The notes: generated by a model not told the origin, from the sequence alone. A stretch of DNA of 59,297 nucleotides from Gracilinanus agilis (GCF_016433145.1 NC_058130.1:769627442-769686738); one strand, 5' to 3'; shown: positions 37,120 to 47,777, numbered from the stretch's first letter. Translations and numbers: made by a program.

Positions 37120-39035
37120 CCCCAGTCCCTATTAATTCGAGTGCCTTCTCTAGGTTAACTATTTCTTATTTGCCCTGCTTAAGGTTTGCTTTGTTTATAG
37201 TTGCTTTCATGCTGTCTCCTAACCCTAACCCCAATGGACTGTGAGCTCTTTTAAAGGCAGGGGCTGCCTGTGGCCCCTTTTTGTTTCTCTGCAGCTTGGC
37301 ACAGTGGCTAGCATGCAGCAGGTGCTTAATCAGTGATAACTGATTGTTTCTCCAGTTCCTCTTAATTCTAGTGCCTTTCCTCTATTAAGCATTCCCTATT
37401 TACCCTGCCAATAGCTTGTTTTCTTTATAGGTACTTGCATGCTGTCTCCCGCTTTGGACTGGGCTCCCTAAGGGCAGGGGCTGTTTGTTTGTTTTTTTTT
37501 TTAATAGGCAATGGGGGTCAAGTGACTTGCCCAGGGTCACACAGCTGGGAAGTGTCTGAGACCAAATTTGAACCTAGGACCTCCCATCTCTAGGCCTGAC
37601 TCTCAATCCACAGAGCTACCCAGCTGCCCCCCGCAGGGGCTGTTTTTAGCCCCCTTTTTCATCTCTGGAGCTTAGTACAGTGACTGGTATATAGTTGGTG
37701 CTTAATCAATGGGAATTAGGTGCTTTCTAGAAGTCCCTCTTAATTCCAGGGCTTATCCCAGGTTAACAATTTCCTATTTATCCAGTATATGCTTTGTTCT
37801 TATTTCCTGGCATGCAAATCTCTCTTTAAGGGCAGAGACTATCTTTGACTCCTTTTTTTTACATCCCCAGGGCTTAGCTTTGGGGCTGTCACACAATAGG
37901 TGCTTAATAAATGGTAATTTATAGATTTCTTAGTCCCTCTTAATTCTAGTGGCTTCCTTCAGTCAATTATTCTCCATTTGTCCAGCTCAGAGCTTGCTTT
38001 CTCCACTTTTCCTGGCGTGCAGTCTCTTCCTTCTGACTGTGAGCCCTTTAAGGGCAGGGGCTATCTTTGGCCCCTTTCTGCATCTCGGGAGCTTAGTGCA
38101 GTGGCTGGCACATAATTGTTTAATAAATGATAACTGACTGATTCCTCAGTGCCTCTTAATTCTAGTCCCTTCCCTCTATTAATTATTCCCTACTTATCCT
38201 GCTTAGAGCTTGCTGTCTTTTTATTTCCTTGCATCCACTCCTCCTTGAACTGGGGGCTCTTTAAAGGCAGAGGCTATCTTTGGGCCTTTTTTTACATCCC
38301 TAAGGCTTAGCACAGTGTCTGACACACAGCAGGTGCTTAATAAACGGTAGCTGATTGACTCCTCAGCCCTCTTAATTCTATTGTCTTCCCTCTTATTAAT
38401 TATTCCCTTTTTATCCTGTTTAGAGCTTGCTTTCTTTATATTTCCTTGCATTCTGTTCTCCCGCCCCCACTCCTGAACTGGGGGCTCCTTAAAGGCAGAG
38501 GCTGTCTTTGGGCCCTTTTTACAGGCCTAGGGCTTGCCACAGTGTCTGACGCACAGTAGGTGCTTAATAAACGGTAACTGATTGATTCCTCCGTCCCTCT
38601 TAATTCTAGTGCCTTTCCTCTACTAATCATTCCCTATTTCCATTACCTATAGTTTGCTTTGTTTATATCTGCTTGCATACTGCACCCCCACCTCCCCACT
38701 GGACAGCGGGCTCTTTAAGGGCAGGGCTGGTCTTTGGCTGCTTTCTGCATCCCTTGAGCTTAGCGCAGGACCTGGCACACAGCAGGCGCTTAATCGATGA
38801 TAACTGATTGATTCCCCAGTCTCTCTTAATTATAGTGCTTCCCTCTGTTAATTATTCCCCATATGCCCTGCCTAGAGCTTGCTTTCTTCATATTTCCTAG
38901 CATGCTGTTCCCCCCGCCCAATGGATAGCGGGCTCTTTAAGGGCAGGGCTGGTCTTTGGCCTCTTTCTGCATCCCCTGGGCTTAGCGCAGTGCCTGGCAC
39001 ACAGCAGGCGCTTAATCAATAGTAAATGATTGATG
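37120..39035 (+). repeat. Tandem array of 8 diverged ~200-230 bp units derived from the L2 3' terminus
   Basis: Units start at cttaattc/attaattc (~37130, 37361, 37739, 37939, 38155, 38371, 38599, 38825). Each has gggcagggg...cttagc.cagtg.ctggcaca.ag.aggYgcttaat. Confidence 0.85.
37487..37632 (-). mobile_element. Short SINE inserted in array unit 2
   Basis: 13-bp TSD GCAGGGGCTGTTT at 37474-37486 and 37633-37645. Confidence 0.88.
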
Positions 39036-39299
39036 GAAATGGGCCCTGGTTCATACCTGCCTCCTAAGCGTGTGGCTTTGCAGTCTCCGGGGGGGCCTCA
39101 GTTTCCCGATCTGTAAAACATCGCAGGGCGAACCAGATAATCTCGGGGGGCCCTTCCAGCTGCAGAGCTGGGGCCCCTCGGGCCCCTCATTTTACAGAAG
39201 GAGAAACTGAGGCCCGGAGGCCGGCCTCTTCCCCCCGCCCCCGCCCCACCCCCAGCGCTACCGCAGCCCTCCTCCGGCCTACCTGCTCCTCCGAGATGC

Positions 39300-39560
39300 C
39301 TCCCCGGCCTGCGTCAGTCTCGTGAGTCCCTCGGACGATCCCCCATGCGCATGCGCCAGAGACCACCCGACACCTCCCCCCTCCCCTTACAAAAGGAAAA
39401 CGCCCCACGCATGCGTCCCTCGTCCCCCCTACAAAGAGAGCCCGTACGGCGCAAGCGCGCGACACTTGGCGCCAACGAGGTCAACTAGCCAGTCGGGGGT
39501 CGGCGGGTGGGTTGGTGGGGTTGTGCTCTTTGCTGATGCTGCTGTCCCTACCTCGTCTGC
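39300..39560 (+). promoter_or_regulatory. UNG: UNG promoter PA (UNG2)
   Basis: CpG island; NRF1 palindromes TGCGCATGCGC at 39346-39356 and ACGCATGCGT at 39407-39416; E2F palindrome TTGGCGCCAA at 39466-39475. Confidence 0.75.
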
Positions 39561-39564
39561 TGGC

Positions 39565-39693
39565 ATGATCGGGCAGAAGACTCTCCACTCCTTTTTCTCC
39601 TCCAGCGCACCTAGGAAGCGGCCCTCGTGCACAGACCTACCGGAGGACCCCGACTCGGAGGCGGTGGCGGCGGCGGAGAGCGAAGATGCCACG
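39565..39693 (+). CDS. UNG: UNG exon 1A (nuclear UNG2 N-terminus MIGQKTLHSFF..., PIP box)
   Basis: Kozak GGCATGA; 43 codons; ACG|gtgagg donor; splices in frame to the acceptor at 40335/40336. Confidence 0.96.
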
Positions 39694-39779
39694 GTGAGGA
39701 AGGGTACTGGGGGGGAGGATCGGGGGCCGAGTCCCCACGGATAGGGGCGCATCCCCTGGGGTTGAGGTAAGGGGTCCCA

Positions 39780-40020
39780 AGGACTAGGGCGCGCGCGCTC
39801 CAGGGAGTCCTCAGAAGCTTTGCTTCTGGCGCGCTGACTGAGCAGCCAATGGGAGGTAAACTGGGAGGCGACGGGCCAATTAGAGTTCCGGCTACCTCGC
39901 GTAGCTCGTCTCGACCTCCAATCCAGAGGGGGCGGAGGCGGGGCTTTCGCCCTCCGGGGCTTGTTTTTGCCGCGAAACGTCCACGTGGGAAGGAGGCGTG
40001 TCGGTCTGGGGCGGGGCCTG
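39780..40020 (+). promoter_or_regulatory. UNG: UNG promoter PB (UNG1) inside intron 1A
   Basis: Two CCAAT boxes (~39846, ~39876), E2F-like TTTTGCCGCGAAA at 39965-39977, E-box CACGTG at 39982-39987, GC box at 40008-40016. Confidence 0.7.
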
Positions 40021-40227
40021 GGCCTGTGTCCTCTTCCATGCTTATCCCTGGAAGCTAGGCCTTCGCTTAGCCTCTCCCGTGAAGCCTGCCCTGCGGGAAA
40101 TTCTTAGAGAGGAAGAGAGCGAAGTTGGGGAGAGAAAAAGAAAGAAACGAGAGAGAAGTGGAAAGGAAGGAAGGGAGAGAAAGAAGGGAGGAAAAAGGGA
40201 AGAAAGAAGGTGAGAGTGAGTGGGCAC

Positions 40228-40536
40228 ATGGGACCCTTCCCTCGCTCTTTCGTGGGCTCTGGCCTCCTCCTGCGCCCGCCGCTCCTTGGACTCATCCCGT
40301 GCCTCTTCGTCCGCCTCTTGGGAAATGCTCCACAGATCAGCCCCGCCAAGAAGAGCCGGCCCGAGGACCAACCCAGCACCCCCTCCTCGCCCCTGAGCCC
40401 CGAGCAGCTGGACCGGATCCAGAAGAACAAGGCAGCGGCCCTGCTCAAGCTCGCCTCCCGAAATGTCCCCCCAGGCTTCGGGGAGAGCTGGAAGCGGCCC
40501 CTGAGCGCCGAATTTGGCAAGCCTTATTTCCTAAAG
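40228..40536 (+). CDS. UNG: UNG exon 1B: UNG1 mitochondrial presequence (40228-40335) plus shared part (40336-40536, RPA-binding helix)
   Basis: ATG 40228 MGPFPRSF...GNAPQ; internal acceptor cacag|ATC; ISPAKK...EFGKPYFLK|gtaaag. Confidence 0.93.
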
Positions 40537-40876
40537 GTAAAGGCGCATGGGCCGTTCTCATGTTGGGGTCACTCCCTAAACCTCTTTACCCCCTCAGCCA
40601 AGGGCTCCTGGAAGGCAGGGTCTAACTCTGACTATCAGCAGACCTTGGCCTCCTGCCTCATGTTTATGGAGACAGATCTGATGGGAAGATGTCCTCATTG
40701 CATATTGCCTATCCTTGTCATTTTGCCTCAAAACGGTGGCGGGGCTTCTTTTGGAAGTGGTTACTTCCCAAAGGGACACATGCTCCAAGAGTTAAGATTA
40801 GACCCATTGGAAAGAGAAGCAGCAGCAGCTCCTCGAACAGGGGGTCCCTACAGTTGGTTAGTCACTTGTTTTAAAA

Positions 40877-41053
40877 GGGCAGCCCAGTGGATAGACAACC
40901 GACTAGAGAAAGGAGGTCCTGGGTTCAAATACGGCCTCAGACACTTCCTAGTGATCCTGGTCGAGTCACTTAACTCCCATTGCTTAGCCCTTGCTTCCCT
41001 TCTGCCCTGGAACCAATACTGTATTGATTCTGTGACAAAAGGTTAAGAAAAAA
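40877..41053 (+). mobile_element. Marsupial SINE
   Basis: gggcagcccagtggatag...gtcctgggttcaaatacggcctcagacac...poly-A. Confidence 0.8.
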
Positions 41054-41204
41054 ATGCAACAAATGAGCAACTGTGTCAACTGGTTGACAAACTGTGACCT
41101 ACCACTTTGAAATGGGGCCTTTTGCCCCTGGTCCCTCTCTGCAGTTGAACCAAACATGTTTTTCCTAGATTAGGATTTTTGCAGGTTTTTCAAGGTTTGG
41201 TGTT

Positions 41205-41595
41205 TGTTTTTCTTTTTAACCCTTACTTTCTTAGTAAGAACTTTTAAGACAGAAGGGGAAAGGCAAGGCTATGGTTAAGGGACATACCTATGGTCATATG
41301 GGTAGGAAATAGCTGCAGCAAGATTTGAACCCAGGACCTCCCATCTCCAGGCTGGGCACTCTTATCTACTGTGCCACCTAGTTGCCCCTATATTGGGTTT
41401 AGAAATTTTTTTTAAATTTATAATAAACAATTATCTTTCGTTTTAGAATCAATACTGTGTATTGGTTCCCAGGCAGAAGATTGGTAAGGGCTAGGCAACA
41501 GGGGTCCAGTGACTTACCCAGGGTCACCTAGCTAGAAAGTATCTTGAGTCCAATTTGAACCCAGGACCTTCCATCCCTAGGCCTGGCTCTCAATT
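41205..41595 (-). mobile_element. Two reverse marsupial SINEs
   Basis: Reverse SINE bodies at ~41205-41388 and ~41420-41595. Confidence 0.75.
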
Positions 41596-41673
41596 AACAG
41601 AAGGAATCATGGTGAGAATGTTCTCAACAATAATATTTCTTTTGCTCTTTTTTAAAAAACAAATCAAAATTAG

Positions 41674-41769
41674 CTAATGGGATTTGTTGCAGAAGAACGA
41701 AAACATCATACCATTTACCCACCTCCACACCAAGTCTTCACCTGGACACAGCTGTGTGAAATTAGAGAT
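41674..41769 (+). CDS. UNG: UNG exon 2 (LMGFVAEERKHHTIYPPPHQVFTWTQLCEIRD)
   Basis: attag|CTA...GAT|gtaagt; 96 nt. Confidence 0.97.
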
Positions 41770-43593
41770 GTAAGTACAAATTGATCAACAAATGGAATTA
41801 AAAACTTCAAGGGGGTAGAGATAGTGGATAGAGAGCTGGCCTTGGTCTGGGTTCCAAACCTAGAAAGAATTCCTTCCTCATCTCTGGCTTACGGCATCTT
41901 TGTTGTTGTTCAGTCCTTTCCATCCTATCTGATTCTTTGAGATCCCATTTGGGGTTTTCTTGGCAGAGTTACTAAAGGAGTTTGCCATTTCCTTCTCTAG
42001 CTCATGTTAGAGATGAGGAATCTGAGGCAAACAGGGTGATGTGACTTGCTCAGGGTCTCACAGCTAGGAAGTATGTCTGGGGAAGATGAGTCTTTCTGAC
42101 TCCAGGTCTAGCTTCAATCAAAACTTAGCTCAGGCTCCCTTCTCTGTTAGGAAAGACTTAAGATTCCCTGCCCCACTCCTAGCTTCGGATACCATCTCTG
42201 TCTCTGTTAAATTTTTTTTTTTTTAATATATGGTTCTTTTTCCAGAAAGTTATAGGAGAGCAGGTTCTTGATTAGGAAAGAGTTTCCTCATTGAGAGTTT
42301 CCAAAAAAACCAAACTCCTAATTGAAGTAATGAGTTTATTAGACACAGTTAAAACAGAAACAGTACATTGATTGTAAAAAACTACCTTTTAAAACTTAGA
42401 GCCTGGTTTTTCTACAAAGAGAAGATAAAATAGATTTGCCATACTTTCTTATTTGAGCTCCTTGGGAGATGGCAGATGGTTATTATCTGTTCAGTGTAGA
42501 GACTGAATCCTAAGAAGCTTGTCAGAAGTGTCGAATCTGATTAAGAGCAGCCTTCAAGTCCCACTTTTTGCTGTAGGAACTGTTCCTTCATTTTATTTGT
42601 ATCTCCAACAATTAGCACGTTGTAAGCATTTCATAAATGCTAGTTGACCTCCTGGCCCTCGTTGGGCAAGATAGAACTTTTGCATCTGTTTACCCCCTTG
42701 TAACATGAAGGCATTGATGGTCTCTTAACCAATACATGGTTTTTTGTTTTGCTTTAGTTTTTTTAAACCCTTGTTTTCTGTGTCAGTATCTGTTCCAAGA
42801 CAGAAAACTGGTAAGGACTAAGAAGTGGGGTTAAGTGACTTACCCAGGAACATGGCTAGGAAGTGTCTGAGATCACATTTGAACCCAGGACTTCCTCTTT
42901 CCAAGCCTGGTGATCTGTCCATTGTGTTACCAATCACATAAGCATAGACTGTGTTCCAGAATCTGCACTAAAACAGGGCATACAAAGAGAGGCAAAAAGA
43001 CAGTCAGCATGTGAGCAGCTATGGACCCACAAGTGCCAGACAGGATGAATGGCAGATTATCAGCAGAGGCCAGGCCTCACCATTCAGAGGGACCAAGAAA
43101 GGCTCTTTGTAGAAGTTGAGACTTTATTTGGGACTTGGGGGAAGCCAATGGGCTGAATTGAGAAGGGAGAACATTCCCTGCTGGAGCTGAAAGGTGGAGG
43201 TTACCGAAGCAGCCAGTGGCACTGGGCTAAAGTATAAGAAGACTAGAAAGAGAGGGCAGGGCCTTTGAATGACAGATGGGGTTTGAGATTTGATTCTGGA
43301 GGCCATAGGCAGGGGAGTGGATCAATGGCTCTGATAGGTCCTAGCTCCTAGATGTAGAGTTCTGTCACTAGCTTGTGCTGACCACGGGTTAGGTATGAAC
43401 GCTCCTTTAGGCTTGTTCTAGGGGTTTCTCGCTTGCGGCTACAGTTTCTGATTAGTCATTAACTCCTTTTAGTCTTGGAGATTTGGCTGAGGTTTGGTCA
43501 AGTTTTCTAGTCATACATCTGACTTCAACTGGAGTTCCCCAAACATTCATGTTTGCAGGGTATTTTTAAAAGTTGCTTAAAGACTAATCTCTA

Positions 43594-43775
43594 GGGGACA
43601 GCGAGGTGGCTCAGTGCATTGAGAGCCAGGCCTAGAGATGGGGGTGTGCTGGGTTCAAAAATACTTCCTAGCTGTGTGACCCTGGGCAAGTCACTTAACC
43701 TCCATTGCACAACCCTTATTGCTCTTCTGCATTGGAACCAATACACAGTATTGATTTTAAGACAGAAAGTAATGG
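43594..43775 (+). mobile_element. Marsupial SINE
   Basis: ggggacagcgaggtggctcagtgcattgagagcc...gattttaagacagaaagt. Confidence 0.8.
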
Positions 43776-44559
43776 TTTTTTGTTTTGTTTTTAATGACTA
43801 ATAGTAGATTCAGTACTGCTAAGACTCTACCTGAATGGGGTAGAACTATAAGAACTTCATTAGAAGAAACAATTAACTGGCGGTTGTTGAAATGATCTTT
43901 GGAGATGCCTCAGCCTTGGCTCTGCTTTTGGGAAAAAAAAAACAGGTTTTTCTTGGTGTAATGGTCAGATGAGTTTTTCCTTATGAAGTTCTATTTCCTC
44001 CCTTTTTTTTTTAACCCCTTCTGTCTTAGTAAGAATGGAAGACAGAAGGACAAGAACTGGGCAAACAGGGTTAAGTGACTTGCCCAGGATTACACAGCTG
44101 GTGTATGAGGCCAGTGCTCTAACTACAGCATGCCGCTTAGCTGCCCTTTTGTAGTTTGTTTCACTCTTTTTTTGTGGGGGTTGTTCAGTAAGGGGTCACC
44201 TGTCCATCAAAACTCAAAAAATGGGATGAGATGGCCTTACCCAAAGCATCCTTGTGAATTTAAGCTTTGATATAGACAGAAAACTGCCCTTCTCGGTCTC
44301 ACTGAGAGCCCTTTGCCAGGGGCTCTCATGGCTGACATCCCCCAGATCTTAAGGGGTTGCAGTGACCAAATTCCTAACTTGTTTGTATGGAGGCTTCCGA
44401 CTGAGGGGGAGATAAATCTGCATAAAGGAAAGGGATTCTGGGTCTGTCGTTTCCTGGGTACTTTGAACCGAAGCGACAAAGGATCCTGAAAGTCTCCTAG
44501 TCTATGCATTACTTCTTTGTTCAAAAAAATTAATTTCTGACTCACTTGGGCACATACAG

Positions 44560-44657
44560 GTAAAAGTTGTCATCTTGGGGCAGGACCCCTACCATGGACC
44601 CAACCAAGCTCATGGACTCTCCTTCAGTGTTCAGAGACCTGTTCCGCCCCCTCCAAG
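44560..44657 (+). CDS. UNG: UNG exon 3 (catalytic GQDPYH motif)
   Basis: atacag|GTA...CCAAG|gtatga; 98 nt; [32 protein letters not shown]. Confidence 0.98.
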
Positions 44658-46504
44658 GTATGATTCCTTTCTCTGACTGATAGAAAATGACAGCTCCTTG
44701 CAGGTCTAGATTTCATAACTTACTAGCCATATAGTCCTGAAACCTCGTTGTAGAAGGAAATTGAAACAGGAAAAGAAATTCTATGAGGACCTCCCCCCCC
44801 CCCCATTCCCCTTCATCCCTCACCACTGGGGCCACACACTGGCACCTAGGATATGTTTCTTTCTTTTTTAAACCCAGACCTTTTTAAGGCAGAAGAGCAG
44901 TGTAAGGACCAGGAGGTCGGGGGTTTAGTGACTTGACCGGGGTCACAGAGATAGGCTGTGTCTGAGGCCAGATTTGAATCCAAGATCTCCCCACTTTAAG
45001 CCTGGCACTTGTCCACTGTGTTTCTAAAATTCCATAAGATGATTTCTAATGTCTGCTGTATAGTCGAGCACCAAGAAAATCAGTTGCCCAAATAGAGGAC
45101 CCAGGAAGGGTGTAATTCCTCCATAGGTGGACGTAACTGTCCCCTTTCCTGGCTTTGTGTGGTAACGGCTCAGCGTAGCCACATCTGGGAAGCTGGGCCT
45201 TTCTGAAAGTCCATTGAGAACTGGGGGTGTTTATTAGAGAAGACATGGAGATCTTTGGGGGATTTGGGTCGCTGAAACAAGAGCTGGCTTTGAGCTATTT
45301 TATTATTTTATTTTATTTTATTTTTTTGAACCTTTAACTTCTGTGCATGGCTCCTAGGTGGATGAGTGGTCAGGGTGGGCAATGGGGGTCAAGTGACTTG
45401 TCCAGGGTCACACAGCTGGGAAGTGTCTGAGGCTGGATTTGAACCCAGGACCTCCTGTCTCTAGGCCTGACTTTCAATCCACTGATCTTCCCAGCTGCCC
45501 TGGCTTTGAGGTATTTTAAAGGAAGGTAGAAGTTGTGGGGCGACAGATGGAGGTTGAATGTAAAAGAAAACCTGCTCGGGAGAATTCTCAGTGAATGGAT
45601 TTCTTATTTTATCCATTCTGTTAAACATTTCCCAGTTCCATTTAATCTGATTAGGGCACGCTGTGCTCTGGGGAGGTTGGTTGGGTTTCTGATGTACTCA
45701 GTGCCCTCTAGGGTTCCTTTGAAGCCTGGATCTTTGTGTGACAATAAAAGGAATGGGGAGGAGCGTCGAGGTGGCTCAGAGGCAGGCTTAGAGATAGTAT
45801 GGATCCCGGGTTCAGATTTGGCCTCTGATACTTCTACGTTTGTAACCACTGAATCTCCGTAGCCTAGCCCTGACCACTCTTCTGCCTGGGAACTAATGGA
45901 TGTGCAGTCAGTCTTGGAGGGGATGGACTACTCATTGGGAAAAAGAATCTAGATGGAACCAGAAGGGATCTCATATAGCCATCTCGGCTTAATACCTTCC
46001 CCCCAGAGGAAAGATCCGAGATGTAGGGTGTCGATGTCTCAGCCAAGCCAGAGGCCAGGTCTGAACCCTGGGTACCTTGTGTCCTGATGGGTGCCATTGT
46101 TGCTGGGTTTAGACCAATCTGGCCCAAGTCCCTTTCTGGAATGTGGCAGCTCACCTTATTTCCCAACTCAGGCACTGTTCTTCTAGCAGTCCTCTAAATG
46201 GGGTGTTATTTGTCATGCAGCAGATAAAAACATGCTATTCTTTCCACAGTCATGGCCGAAGGGGGAAATGTTGAAATCCAGATTGCCATTTCAGTGTTTC
46301 CTCATCTCCTGGGGTGGGTTTTTATACCAACATCACTGAGGGTGGGGTCATAGATGGAGAGCGAGAAGGGACCGGGAGAGCCTGGGCCCTCCGGCGGTGA
46401 GGAGGTCCTCGGATTTGCCTATTGGGGATTCATTTCTTGGTCGGATTTGAAATTTGAAACTGAGATTTTTGCTAAATAAAGCATTTTGCGTATCTTGTTT
46501 TCAG

Positions 46505-46593
46505 CTTGGAAAATATCTATAAAGAGTTGTCCACAGATATAGATGGCTTTTCCCATCCTGGGCATGGAGATTTGTCTGGATGGGCCAAACAGG
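46505..46593 (+). CDS. UNG: UNG exon 4 ([29 protein letters not shown])
   Basis: tttcag|C...CAGG|gtaagc; 89 nt. Confidence 0.98.
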
Positions 46594-47103
46594 GTAAGCA
46601 GTTGGCATCAGGGCTAATTCCTAGGAGGTGGGATTGGGGGAATTGAAGCTTCTTTTATACTTGATGTCCTCAAAAAGCTGGAGGTCACAAATGAGAAATC
46701 AGAGCCTGTCTTTGTCTCAGTTTTGTGTTCTCTGTGGTCTCAGCCTACAGTCCAGGGTTCGAAAATACAGAAGGAAATCTGGGAACCTCAGTTTGCTCAT
46801 ATAAATGGTGTGGCACCCAACTAATCCCCAGGATCCATTTTGAACTCAAATATTCTGAGATTGTATTTGTTGTTATTAGTGAATGACAAGCGAGCCTCCA
46901 CTAGATCACCAAGCACTGATGATTAAGCACCTCCCCCCTTCCTCACTGCCCCCTTCCACATCTTCCTCCTCTCCCCTTTTTCCTCTATTTCCTCCCACTC
47001 CCTGGGTGCCCAGCAGTGGGTATCTCTGCCTGCTCTGTCAGGCTGGACTTGAAGGCTGCACCCGGGGCTGCTTTTGAGTGGTTTCTTTGGGGTGTGGGTG
47101 TAG

Positions 47104-47282
47104 GTGTTCTCCTCCTCAATGCTGTGCTCACAGTCCGAGCTCACCAGGCCAATTCGCACAGGGAGAGAGGGTGGGAGCAGTTCACTGACGCTGTGGTGTC
47201 TTGGTTAAATCGGAACTCGAATGGCCTCGTCTTCATGCTCTGGGGATCCTACGCGCAGAAGAAAGGCCTCTCCATCGACAGG
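47104..47282 (+). CDS. UNG: UNG exon 5 ([18 protein letters not shown]...IDR)
   Basis: gtgtag|GT...AGG|gtatgt; 179 nt; uracil-binding Asn motif LLLN. Confidence 0.98.
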
Positions 47283-47777
47283 GTATGTCTCGCTCTTCTT
47301 CCCCGTGTGCCTGAGGGAGAAGCTGAGGGCACGGCCGGGCGGGCAGTCCCCCACTTTCCCTTGGAGGGCCATCTGAGAGACTCTGGTTTCCAAAAAGTTC
47401 AGCAGTCCTGAACTCAGCGCTAATAGGGTGTGATTGGAGAGACTGATCCTTTCCCTTCGGCCCCAGATCCTGGGGCTCTCGGCGTCTCCTACAGGGGCAG
47501 GTTCTGTCCAAATCTATGAATTCAGGCACCGGGCTGGGGCTCTCAGAGTCCAACTCTGTCAAGTGGGAAGTCCTCCTAGGATTGATAAGTGAAGTAGGAA
47601 ACAGGATCTCGTTTGTTGGCAGCGTGGCTTCATTGCCCAGCCCCTCCGGGGTCCCAGATGGCCTGTAAGGGCCCTGAGCTCCAGGTCTGATCCCTCCATG
47701 TGCCCAGAAGCCTCTAGATTTCAGGGTGAGCCCCAGAACGGTCACCAAACTCTGACCTTCCAATTCCTCTCCTCCAG

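Noticed and set aside
37120-39035. Possible CRISPR-like repeat-spacer array
   Set aside because: Eukaryotic context; the units are whole diverged ~210-bp L2 tails, not short identical repeats with unique spacers.
40537-41046. C-terminal extension of the 278-aa ORF at 40210-41046
   Set aside because: Reads through the UNG exon 1B donor into intron and SINE sequence; the true exon ends at 40536.
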